DNA from: Clostridia bacterium
Lineage (GTDB): Bacteria > Bacillota > Clostridia > Christensenellales > UBA1242
NCBI GenBank assembly: GCA_017478185.1
Contig: JAFVEA010000009.1
Location: 5,264-69,263 of the forward strand
Direction of reading: 5' to 3'
Length of the DNA: 64,000 bases
This document shows positions 29,245 through 36,920 of this stretch, one piece after another. The stretch's first letter is position 1, and the number at the start of each line of letters is the position of its first letter. The notes beneath the pieces were generated by a model. It was not told the origin of the DNA. It worked only from the letters and a program-made list of their open reading frames with translations, and did not search any database. The position numbers and the translations under genes were made by a program.

Positions 29245-29585
29245 AAAAATTCCCCCTTGAAAAAAAGTTTAACAAAAATTTTTGAATTCTCCAAACAACC
29301 AATAAAAATTATTTTTGAATTCATCATAAACATTTTTTGAGTTTAGTGCATATTTTAAACAAATTTAAAAAAATGTTTACTAATTTTGCTTAAAAAGCAC
29401 TTTTTTAACAACTTTTTTTAGCAATTTTCATATTCTACTTTATCAAAAAACTAAAATTTTAAAAAACAGCATCAAAAAACTATACAGATTTTTTAAAGTG
29501 TATAATTTTTGATTGTAGTATTGAAAAATTTTGCAATTTATGTTATAATAAAAATGCTTAAAAAGAGCAAAAAAAGGAGCGAAAA

Positions 29586-31004
29586 ATGGAAACAAAATCA
29601 AAAAATAAAACATTTATAACAATTATTTTATCTATCACAATGGTTTTAGCTTTGTTTGTTATAACACTTTTTGCTGGTTGTGGTCCAAGCAAAAATAATC
29701 AAACAGCACCACAAGATGTTAACCCAAGCGATCAAGGCACAGTGGACGATAAAAACACTGACAGCAAAACAGATGATGAAAACAAAGATGACGAAAACAA
29801 AGACGACGAAAAGCAACCAGAACCTGAAGTAAAAACATTAACTTGCACATTTAATGCAAACGGTGGAACTTTTGGTGAGGAAGAAACAACCAAAACAGTT
29901 GAGCAAAAGGTTGTTGGCGACAATTCATTTGATTTTAGCGAAGAAGCTGAAAAAATCCCAACAAAAGAGGGCTCCACATTTGTATGTTGGACCAAAACAG
30001 ATACAACAACAAATGACAATAATTCTTTTAGTTATAAACTTGCAAAAAGCTTTGTTGTTACAGAAGACAAAAATGGAGCAATCTTCTATGCCGTTTGGGT
30101 GGAAAACAACGCTGAATGCAAAATTACTTTTGATGCAAACGGTGGAACTTTTGCTAATGGTGAAAGCACATATGAAGTTGTAAAATCAGCTGAAAAAATT
30201 GGAAAAAATGGATATTATTCATTAAAAAGTGAAGCCAAAAAACTTAATCCAACAAAAACTGACTGTAAATTTATGGGTTGGGTTAACGAAAACGGAACCG
30301 CCCCTTCAACTGCAGACTTGTTTGTTTCAGGTTTGAGAACAGAATTTAAATTTACTGCAGTTTGGGAAGAAGCAACAACTTGCACATTTAATGCAAACGG
30401 TGGAATTTTTGAAGGTGGCAATAGCCAAATTTCATTCAAAAGAGCAACAAGTGAAGGCAACAACTTTGCTGAAGAAGCTGAAAGCCTTAACCCAACAAAA
30501 GAAGGATGCACTTTCTTGGGTTGGATTAAAGGTGAACCTGAACCAAAAGTTGCAGAAAGTGGAGCTTATAAATATGGACTTGCAAAATACTTAAAAGGTG
30601 CAAATGAAGAAGCAAATGTAACTTTCTATGCTCTCTGGTCAGATTATAGTGAATGCATAATCACATTTAACGCAAATGGTGGAGCTTTTGAAAACGAACA
30701 AACAACTTATGAAGTTGTTAAAACAGTTGCAGACAATGCTTATTATGGATATTATTTGTTCAGTGACACAGCTATTGAAGGCGAAAAAGATGCAGACAAA
30801 ATTGCAAAAACAGAACAAATTCAAACGCCAACAAGAGAAGGTTACACATTCAAAGGTTGGGCTAAAACAGAAAATGCTAAAACAATAGCTCAAAAAGAAG
30901 ATGGAACATATAAAGTTTCAGCTTTAAGAAATAGCTTTACATTCTATGCAGTTTGGGAAGAAATTGAAGCAAACGCTGAAAACGCTGAAACAGTTGAAGC
31001 TTAA
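29586..31004 (+). CDS. Lipoprotein with five Listeria-Bacteroides (InlB B-repeat / Flg_new) repeats
   Basis: Lipobox LFAGC. Five units of (C/I)TFNANGG(T/A/I)F ... PT(K/R)EG(S/C/Y)TF(V/L/K)(C/G)W. Confidence 0.8.
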   Translation: METKSKNKTFITIILSITMVLALFVITLFAGCGPSKNNQTAPQDVNPSDQGTVDDKNTDSKTDDENKDDENKDDEKQPEPEVKTLTCTFNANGGTFGEEETTKTVEQKVVGDNSFDFSEEAEKIPTKEGSTFVCWTKTDTTTNDNNSFSYKLAKSFVVTEDKNGAIFYAVWVENNAECKITFDANGGTFANGESTYEVVKSAEKIGKNGYYSLKSEAKKLNPTKTDCKFMGWVNENGTAPSTADLFVSGLRTEFKFTAVWEEATTCTFNANGGIFEGGNSQISFKRATSEGNNFAEEAESLNPTKEGCTFLGWIKGEPEPKVAESGAYKYGLAKYLKGANEEANVTFYALWSDYSECIITFNANGGAFENEQTTYEVVKTVADNAYYGYYLFSDTAIEGEKDADKIAKTEQIQTPTREGYTFKGWAKTENAKTIAQKEDGTYKVSALRNSFTFYAVWEEIEANAENAETVEA

Positions 31005-31027
31005 TTAAACCAAAATAGATAAAATAA

Positions 31028-31058
31028 CAAAAAGTGCTTAGTCTCAAGCACTTTTTTG
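31028..31058. terminator. Intrinsic terminator (bidirectional)
   Basis: AGTGCTT/AAGCACT stem followed by a T run. Confidence 0.7.
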
Positions 31059-31083
31059 TTTTGTTATTCACTTTTAAAAATCA

Positions 31084-31752
31084 TTATATTTTAAAATAAT
31101 CTTGCTTTTTCTCTTTGTTTATTTTTTTAACATTTTGTAAAGCATCAACTTTTTGTGATTCAATTCTTTCTCTCATCTTTCGTCCGTTTTCTGCTTCTTT
31201 TTGTGACTCTTGATATGATGTTAGTTCATCTTTCTTTGTTTTTCGTGATAATTCATCTTTTTTACTTTTTTTATTAAAATCTCTTTCTGGAAAATATGCT
31301 TCTTTTATTATATCCTTAAATTCTTTTTCTGGTAAATACACTTCTTTTATTCTATCATTATAATCTTTTTCTGGAAAATATACCTGAAATTTTTCTTGTT
31401 TACGTTTTCTCTTCCTGTCTTCTATTCTTTTTGCTATCTCTTCAAATTTAACCTCATTTTTTAAGTGTTTTTTAATTGTTTTTATATTTTCTTTGCGAAG
31501 TTGTTTTTTTAATGCTTTTGTAAGCTCGAACTTTCCATCTCCATTTGGGTCAAAGCTATCTAAAATTTTTGTTAAAAAGTCATATTGCATTAACATATCA
31601 TTTAAAGCCACGTCTTCAGCCTTTCTGTTTTTCACATTTGTTGCTTCTTGAAACAAAGGATGAGCATTGTTAAGTTCCCAAAAAACTCTTTCATCTTCTT
31701 GAAATTGGTCGTATATATATTTATACATTTCTTTTCTTTTTTGTTCGTTCAT
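31084..31752 (-). CDS. Hypothetical Lys/Glu-rich protein with three Y(F/L)PE(K/R)(D/E)(Y/F) repeats
   Basis: 222 aa from ATG 31752, preceded by GAGGTGG. Contains VYFPEKDYNDRIKE / VYLPEKEFKDIIKE / AYFPERDFNKK. Confidence 0.6.
   Translation of the reverse strand: MNEQKRKEMYKYIYDQFQEDERVFWELNNAHPLFQEATNVKNRKAEDVALNDMLMQYDFLTKILDSFDPNGDGKFELTKALKKQLRKENIKTIKKHLKNEVKFEEIAKRIEDRKRKRKQEKFQVYFPEKDYNDRIKEVYLPEKEFKDIIKEAYFPERDFNKKSKKDELSRKTKKDELTSYQESQKEAENGRKMRERIESQKVDALQNVKKINKEKKQDYFKI
31273..31383 (-). repeat. 42-bp x about 2.7 in-frame tandem repeat
   Basis: The plus-strand motif TCTTT(TT)CTGG(A/T)AAATA recurs at 31281, 31323 and 31365. Confidence 0.8.
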
Positions 31753-31902
31753 TTTCCACCTCAAAATTATTTATATATATTATTATATACAATTACATTA
31801 TAACACGGTATTGTTTTGTTGTCAATAACGAATAAAATACTATAAAAATCATAGCCAAAACAAAAAACCTATGCTATAATAAATACATATTTGGAGAAAA
31901 TT

Positions 31903-33054
31903 ATGGATTTTGAAATTGAATTTGACAAAATAAACAACAAAAACGCAGAAATTATTGATATAAGAAGCCCTAGTTCTTTTGAGTTTGGGCATATAACCAA
32001 TGCAATAAATATTCCTACAGATGAACTTTTGCAAAAAGAGTTATCTCCGAAAAAAACTTATTATATTTATTGCCGAATGGGTGTTATTAGCAAACAAATT
32101 GCTGAAAAGCTTAGAGAAAAAAACATCAAAGCTTATTCTATTGTTGGAGGCTACTTAAAATGGCTTGCAAACAATTATAAAGACGATGAAGAAAATGTAT
32201 CAGTTGCACTAAAGGCAGAAGATAGTTTGCGGAAAAAATTTCATCGTGAAATTTTAACAAAGTTTTGCAAAGCCATAAATGATTATAAACTTATTTTGCC
32301 AAACGACAAAATTGCCGTTTGCATTTCTGGCGGCAAAGATAGTATGTGTATGGCAAAGCTTTTTCAGGAAGTTAAAAAGCATAACAAAATTCCTTTTGAG
32401 GTTGTTTATCTCATTATGGACCCAGGCTACAGCAAAGAAAACAGAGAACTTGTTTTAAACAATGCCAAAAAGCTAAATGTTCCAGTAACTGTTTTTGAAA
32501 CAGATATTTTTGAAAATGTTGAACATATAACCAACTCCCCTTGTTATGTTTGTGCCAGAATGCGAAGAGGTCACCTATATAACAAAGCAAAACAGCTTGG
32601 ATGCAACAAAATTGCTTTGGGGCACCACTATGATGATGTTATTGAAACAATTTTAATGGGTATGTTATATGGCGCTCAAGTTCAAACCATGATGCCAAAA
32701 CTTCATAGCAACAACTTTGAAGGAATGGAGCTTATTAGGCCAATGTATTTAATTAGAGAAAAAGATATCATAAGGTGGCGAGATTATAACAACCTAAGGT
32801 TTATTCAATGTGCATGCAAAATGACCCGAACTTGCAGTGAATATGGCGATTTGGGTTCAAAACGCCTTAAAACCAAAAACTTAATCAAAAAATTAAGCCT
32901 TGAAGAACATCAAATTGAAGGAAACATCTTCAGAAGCGTGGAAAATATCAACTTATCCACAATTATCTCTTATAAAGACAAAGAAGGCCTCACCCACTCG
33001 TTTTTGGATGATTATGAAAGTGGTGTTATAAATAGTATGAAAGATAAAAAATAG
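31903..33054 (+). CDS. ttcA: Rhodanese-domain / TtcA-family PP-loop tRNA thiolase fusion
   Basis: N-terminal rhodanese of about 95 aa (IIDIRSPSSFEFGHITNAINIP, active-site loop YCRMGVIS), then the PP-loop CISGGKDSMCM and Fe-S Cys motifs SPCYVCARMRRG and QCAC. An extended -10 (TGCTATAAT, 31872-31880) lies upstream. Confidence 0.8.
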   Translation: MDFEIEFDKINNKNAEIIDIRSPSSFEFGHITNAINIPTDELLQKELSPKKTYYIYCRMGVISKQIAEKLREKNIKAYSIVGGYLKWLANNYKDDEENVSVALKAEDSLRKKFHREILTKFCKAINDYKLILPNDKIAVCISGGKDSMCMAKLFQEVKKHNKIPFEVVYLIMDPGYSKENRELVLNNAKKLNVPVTVFETDIFENVEHITNSPCYVCARMRRGHLYNKAKQLGCNKIALGHHYDDVIETILMGMLYGAQVQTMMPKLHSNNFEGMELIRPMYLIREKDIIRWRDYNNLRFIQCACKMTRTCSEYGDLGSKRLKTKNLIKKLSLEEHQIEGNIFRSVENINLSTIISYKDKEGLTHSFLDDYESGVINSMKDKK

Positions 33055-33335
33055 AGATTGCCACAGCCATAAAGGGCTTTAGAGTGCCTTGAGGCGAAAG
33101 CCGAAAGCTTGGCGCAGTATCAAGCAGTTGAGATTGCCACGCAAGAGTTAACCTTGCTCGCAATGCCTTGAGGCGAAAGCCGAAAGCTTGGCGCTGCACT
33201 ACTTGCTTTGAACCTCTTTTTAAAGCGCCAAACATAAAGAAGTGTTATTCTGAAGCAAAAGAAGTTATTCCCCACCTGTCATTCTAAGCGTAGTGCCAAA
33301 GGCACGAAGCGTGAGAATCTCTTGCTCGCAATAAT
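33054..33335. repeat. GC-rich modular hairpin repeat cluster, copy B (three modules)
   Basis: GAGATTGCCAC occurs at 33054 and 33130. An exact 30-mer, GCCTTGAGGCGAAAGCCGAAAGCTTGGCGC, occurs at 33086-33115 and 33165-33194. A GTCATTCTAAGCG-TAGTGCCAAAGGCAC-GAAGCGTGAGAATCTC module starts near 33277. Confidence 0.9.
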
Positions 33336-33373
33336 AAGTGAAATAACTTTTTTGATTTCCATATTTAAAAAAC

Positions 33374-33403
33374 AAAAGCGCACCAAATTGGTGCGCTTTT
33401 TTA
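33374..33403. terminator. Intrinsic terminator
   Basis: AGCGCACC/GGTGCGCT stem followed by TTTTTT. It lies downstream of ttcA and the repeat cluster. Confidence 0.8.
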
Positions 33404-33415
33404 AAAAATTGCATA

Positions 33416-33444
33416 TTGACCTTTTTTGCACTTTGTGATACAAT
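33416..33444 (+). promoter_or_regulatory. Sigma-A promoter of the Sel1 gene pair
   Basis: TTGACC, 17-nt spacer, TACAAT, with a TG extended -10 (TGATACAAT). Confidence 0.6.
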
Positions 33445-33471
33445 TAACTTACGCACAAAAAGGAGTGAAAA

Positions 33472-34443
33472 ATGGAAGAAAAAAAAATAAACAATATTAA
33501 CTATATTATTATAAACACAAGCGAAATCCAAAATTTAATTGAAGAAAACAAATTTGAAGAACTTGCTGAACTTTTAAGGATTCATGATATTACAGATTTT
33601 GAATCTATTAGTGACGAAGATAAAGGAAAGGCTTATTATTCCCTTGGTCAAATTTTATCAAATAACAATACCAATGACAAAGAAAAAAGAATTATCTATA
33701 ATTTTAAAATAAAAAAGAATTTAGAAAAAGCAGTTATGTGTTATTGGAAAGCGGTAGATTGTGGTAACATTTTATCCTCTAGAAGACTTTTTAGAATACA
33801 CACAAACGAACATGAAAGCTTTGTTGATTATAAAAAAGCAGAATTAGCTTGTCAGTGTGGTGTAAAAGCAGGAGATATTTTGTGTCGTTACTATCTTGGA
33901 GAACTTTATTATCAAAATAAATGTGGTTATAAACAAAATATTAAATTTTATAAAGAAACAGCAAAAAAGCTCTTTGAAGTTTCAGTTGAAGAAAACCCAA
34001 CATGGGGAGGATATGAGCTTGGCCGTATATATGAATATGGAGAGTGTGGTTGCCCAATTGATTTAGAAAAATCATTTTATTATTATTTGAACGCAGCGGA
34101 TTGTGGAGAAAGGCTTGCTATGCTTAGAATAGCAAGAATTTATGGCTCAAAAGATTTATCACAAAAATTTGGTGTTGAATTTGATAAAGAATCCTCAATT
34201 TACTATTTTAACGAATATTTAAAAATTGCTAGACCTGAAAAAATGGATGATGCACGCACCAATGTTGGTATGCTTAAACACGAATATGGCACAACCAACA
34301 AGGAAAAAAGCGAAGGTATAAAAAAAGTTTTTAGAAGCGCCAAAAAAGGTAATGAATTGGCTAAGCAATATTTAGAGCAACAAAATATTGGTTCAGTGGA
34401 TGAACCTAAAGAATTTGATTTATCATTTATGCAAAATAATTAG
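33472..34443 (+). CDS. Sel1-repeat (TPR-like) protein, paralog 1
   Basis: 323 aa. Sel1-like units such as GGYELGRIYEYGECGCPIDLEKSFYYYLNAADCGERLAMLRIARIYG. Parallels the next gene from end to end. Confidence 0.7.
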   Translation: MEEKKINNINYIIINTSEIQNLIEENKFEELAELLRIHDITDFESISDEDKGKAYYSLGQILSNNNTNDKEKRIIYNFKIKKNLEKAVMCYWKAVDCGNILSSRRLFRIHTNEHESFVDYKKAELACQCGVKAGDILCRYYLGELYYQNKCGYKQNIKFYKETAKKLFEVSVEENPTWGGYELGRIYEYGECGCPIDLEKSFYYYLNAADCGERLAMLRIARIYGSKDLSQKFGVEFDKESSIYYFNEYLKIARPEKMDDARTNVGMLKHEYGTTNKEKSEGIKKVFRSAKKGNELAKQYLEQQNIGSVDEPKEFDLSFMQNN

Positions 34444-34483
34444 TTTAAAAGTTTTTATCGCCAAAAAGCACAAGGAGCAAAAA

Positions 34484-35461
34484 ATGGAAGACAAAACAAA
34501 AAAAGATATCGATTTTGATATAAAGAAAAACGAAATTCAAAGTTTAATTGAGCAAGACAAATTTGAAGAAGTTATAGAAAAACTTGAAGATAATGAGATT
34601 GATTTTGAAACACTTAGCAAAGAAGATAAAGGAGAGGCTTATTATTCCCTTGGCAAAATTTTGTCACACGACAAAAAAAATAGTGATTATGAAAAAAGCA
34701 TTATTGATGATTATCAAATAGAAAAAGATTTAAAAAAAGCAGTGATTTGTTATTGGCATGCTTTAAATTACGATAACACAAACACACCTAGAAAACTTTT
34801 TAGCATCTATATGTCTGACGACTATGGATTTAAAGATGAAGATATGGCTTTTAAGATTTGTGTTTATGGAATAAATATAAAGGATCCTAAAAGTTATTTT
34901 AATCTTGGAAAACTTTATTATCATGGATTTTATCGCAAAGAAGGTTATGAGTTTTATTATGTCCAAGACAGAAATGAGGCAAAAAAGCTCTTTGAAGAAT
35001 CAGTTCAAATAAATCCAAGATGGGGAGGATATGAACTTGGATGTATGTATGAACATGGAGAGTGTGGTTGCCCAACAAATTATAAAAAAGCATTTAATTA
35101 TTATCGTGATGCAGCAGATTATGGAGATAAACTAGCAATGTTTAAAGTTGCCTGCATTTATGGAACAAAAGATGAAAAACAAAATTTTCAAAATGTTCAG
35201 TTTAACAAAGATCTTTCAATTAAATATTTTGAAAATCACTTAAAACAAGTAAAATCCGATAAAAGAAGCCATTCTATAACAAGCATTGGCGTGCTTAAAT
35301 ATGAAAATGCCGAAAGCCAAAAAGAAAAAATTGATGGAATAAAAAATATAATTAGAGGTGCCAAAAAAGGTAATGATTGGGCACAAAGATATTTGAAAAA
35401 CAACAACATTGGTTCAGTGGATGAACCTGAAAAATTTGATTTATCATTTATGGAAAAATAA
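34484..35461 (+). CDS. Sel1-repeat (TPR-like) protein, paralog 2
   Basis: 325 aa from ATG 34484, preceded by AAGGAG. GGYELGCMYEHGECGCPTNYKKAFNYYRDAADYGDKLAMFKVACIYG. Same C-terminal tail as paralog 1. Confidence 0.7.
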   Translation: MEDKTKKDIDFDIKKNEIQSLIEQDKFEEVIEKLEDNEIDFETLSKEDKGEAYYSLGKILSHDKKNSDYEKSIIDDYQIEKDLKKAVICYWHALNYDNTNTPRKLFSIYMSDDYGFKDEDMAFKICVYGINIKDPKSYFNLGKLYYHGFYRKEGYEFYYVQDRNEAKKLFEESVQINPRWGGYELGCMYEHGECGCPTNYKKAFNYYRDAADYGDKLAMFKVACIYGTKDEKQNFQNVQFNKDLSIKYFENHLKQVKSDKRSHSITSIGVLKYENAESQKEKIDGIKNIIRGAKKGNDWAQRYLKNNNIGSVDEPEKFDLSFMEK

Positions 35462-35528
35462 TTAACCAAACATAAACGGTGATATTGTGAAAAGTATAAG
35501 TTTTAAATAAAAACTTTTTAAGATTTTA

Positions 35529-35573
35529 ACGTCAGCCACCTTGGAGCAAGGTTTAGCCTTGCGTGGCAGTTGC
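35529..35573. repeat. GC-rich hairpin repeat, degenerate inverted copy D
   Basis: The reverse complement GCAACTGCCACGCAAGGCTAAACCTTGCTCCAAGGTGG aligns with GAGATTGCCACGCAAGAGTTAACCTTGCTCGCAATGCC of copy B. Confidence 0.6.
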
Positions 35574-35694
35574 TATTTTTTATGTTTCATACAATTCATA
35601 ACACCACCCATAAGTAAAAAACGCACAAAATTTTTTTGTGCATCTTTTAAAAATTTTAGATATAACATTTTTTAGTTTCAAACATTGTTAAAAA

Positions 35695-35883
35695 TTATGG
35701 GGTTCTAAGTCTTCCAGATTTGTTTTCCTTTGCTTTATCTTTTGGTTGATAAAAAGTTTTCTTTTTAAACTTTTTATACTTAGACAACACATCATCACCT
35801 AATCTTTCTCCTAAGTTATCAACAACCTTTTCATCTTTTGGCTCACATGGGCAATTTGTGTTATTATTGTTTTCTTCAAACAT
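35695..35883 (-). CDS. Small hypothetical protein (62 aa)
   Basis: AGGAG lies 6 nt before ATG 35883, and a terminator hairpin lies downstream at 35616-35648. No recognisable motif. Confidence 0.4.
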   Translation of the reverse strand: MFEENNNNTNCPCEPKDEKVVDNLGERLGDDVLSKYKKFKKKTFYQPKDKAKENKSGRLRTP

Positions 35884-36058
35884 ATTTTTCTCCTTTTTGT
35901 TTTAAATAACGCAAATATGATTATACATTAAACAACAAAAGTTGTCAATACAAAGTGTGTAATATCTCAAATTTGTTTAATATTTTTTGTCTAAAAAAGT
36001 AGATTTTTTAAAAAAGCATAAAAAGAATAAAAATTTATTTAAACAAATGGTTTTTTTA

Positions 36059-36087
36059 TTGAAAAAATATTTTCTTTTTTGTATAAT
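36059..36087 (+). promoter_or_regulatory. Sigma-A promoter abutting the rlmH start codon
   Basis: TTGAAA (36059-36064), 17-nt spacer, TATAAT (36082-36087). The rlmH ATG starts 7 nt after the -10 box. Confidence 0.55.
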
Positions 36088-36093
36088 GCATAT

Positions 36094-36561
36094 ATGAAAA
36101 AAATAACTTTAATATGCGTTGGGAACTTAAAGGAAAAATATTTAATTGACGCAAAAAATGAATATGAAAAAAGAATTAAAAAGTTTTTTGACCTTAAAAT
36201 TGTGGAAATCCCTGAAACAAAAATAAATAACTTTGGTGATAAAGAAATTGAAAAATGTTTGGATGATGAAGCCGAAAAGATTTTGGCTAAAATAAAAACA
36301 AAAAACATAATAACACTTTGCGTTGAGGGGCAGCAGCTAGCCAGTGAAAAGCTTGCTGATTTAATAGACAAAAAAACTGATTTGGGCGAACTTGTTTTTG
36401 TTGTTGGAAGCAGTTTTGGGCTATCGCAAAAGCTGAAAGATAGTTCTTTTAAACTTAGCTTTTCAAAACTAACCTTTCCGCACCAGCTTATGCGCATCAT
36501 TTTTTTGGAACAACTATATCGTTGTGGAACAATTTTAAATGGCACACCTTATCATAAATGA
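36094..36561 (+). CDS. rlmH: 23S rRNA (pseudouridine1915-N3)-methyltransferase RlmH
   Basis: 155 aa. MKKITLICVGNLKEKYLIDAKNEYEKRI aligns with the canonical RlmH N-terminus, and the C-terminal SPOUT knot motif is LTFPHQLMRIIFLEQLYR. Confidence 0.9.
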   Translation: MKKITLICVGNLKEKYLIDAKNEYEKRIKKFFDLKIVEIPETKINNFGDKEIEKCLDDEAEKILAKIKTKNIITLCVEGQQLASEKLADLIDKKTDLGELVFVVGSSFGLSQKLKDSSFKLSFSKLTFPHQLMRIIFLEQLYRCGTILNGTPYHK

Positions 36562-36611
36562 TTATGTTTTAAATTTTTATCTTTAAAAATTGAAAAAAAG
36601 ATTATATTTAA

Positions 36612-36640
36612 TTGACATATTTTAAAAGTGATGTTAATAT
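36612..36640 (+). promoter_or_regulatory. Sigma-A promoter
   Basis: TTGACA, 17-nt spacer, TAATAT, with a TG extended -10. Confidence 0.6.
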
Positions 36641-36670
36641 ATATGTATATAAACAAGGGGGATAACAAAT

Positions 36671-36895
36671 ATGGCAAAAAGTTCAAGTGACTATTTTGGA
36701 TTAAGCTACATTGTAAGTTTAATTCTTGCAATCATTCCTGTAACATCTTGGGTATGTGGATTCGTAACAAGATTTATGGAAGGAAAGATTGTTGCTGGAT
36801 TAATTCGTTTAATTTTCGGATTTACAATCGTTTGGATTCTTGACTTAGTGTTCATGATTTTACAGAAAAAGATTTGTCGTCTTTTGAACATCTAA
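36671..36895 (+). CDS. Small integral membrane protein (74 aa, 2 TM)
   Basis: Strong SD (AAGGGGG) and two hydrophobic helices. Confidence 0.6.
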   Translation: MAKSSSDYFGLSYIVSLILAIIPVTSWVCGFVTRFMEGKIVAGLIRLIFGFTIVWILDLVFMILQKKICRLLNI

Positions 36896-36920
36896 TTTAA
36901 GAAGTAAAAAAGAAGTGATT

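Noticed and set aside
27036-31058. Similar terminators (AAAAGTGCTTA...AAGCACTTTTTTGTTTT) on both sides of the divergent lipoprotein pair, as possible cassette boundaries.
   Set aside because: Only the short GTGCTT/AAGCAC stem and the A and T runs match. Comparable GCAC-type hairpins occur elsewhere (near 29395 and 56730), so convergence of generic terminators is the simpler explanation. This contrasts with the 29/30 and 25/25 identities reported as findings.
34388-34483. An apparent 56-bp overlap between the two Sel1 genes in the ORF track.
   Set aside because: The overlap comes from an upstream in-frame ATG. The paralog alignment and the AAGGAG SD support ATG 34484, which leaves a normal 40-nt gap.
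36039-36545. A 168-aa ORF antisense to rlmH.
   Set aside because: It is fully contained opposite a confidently identified conserved gene, has Ser/Phe/Lys-rich low-complexity composition, and has no SD.
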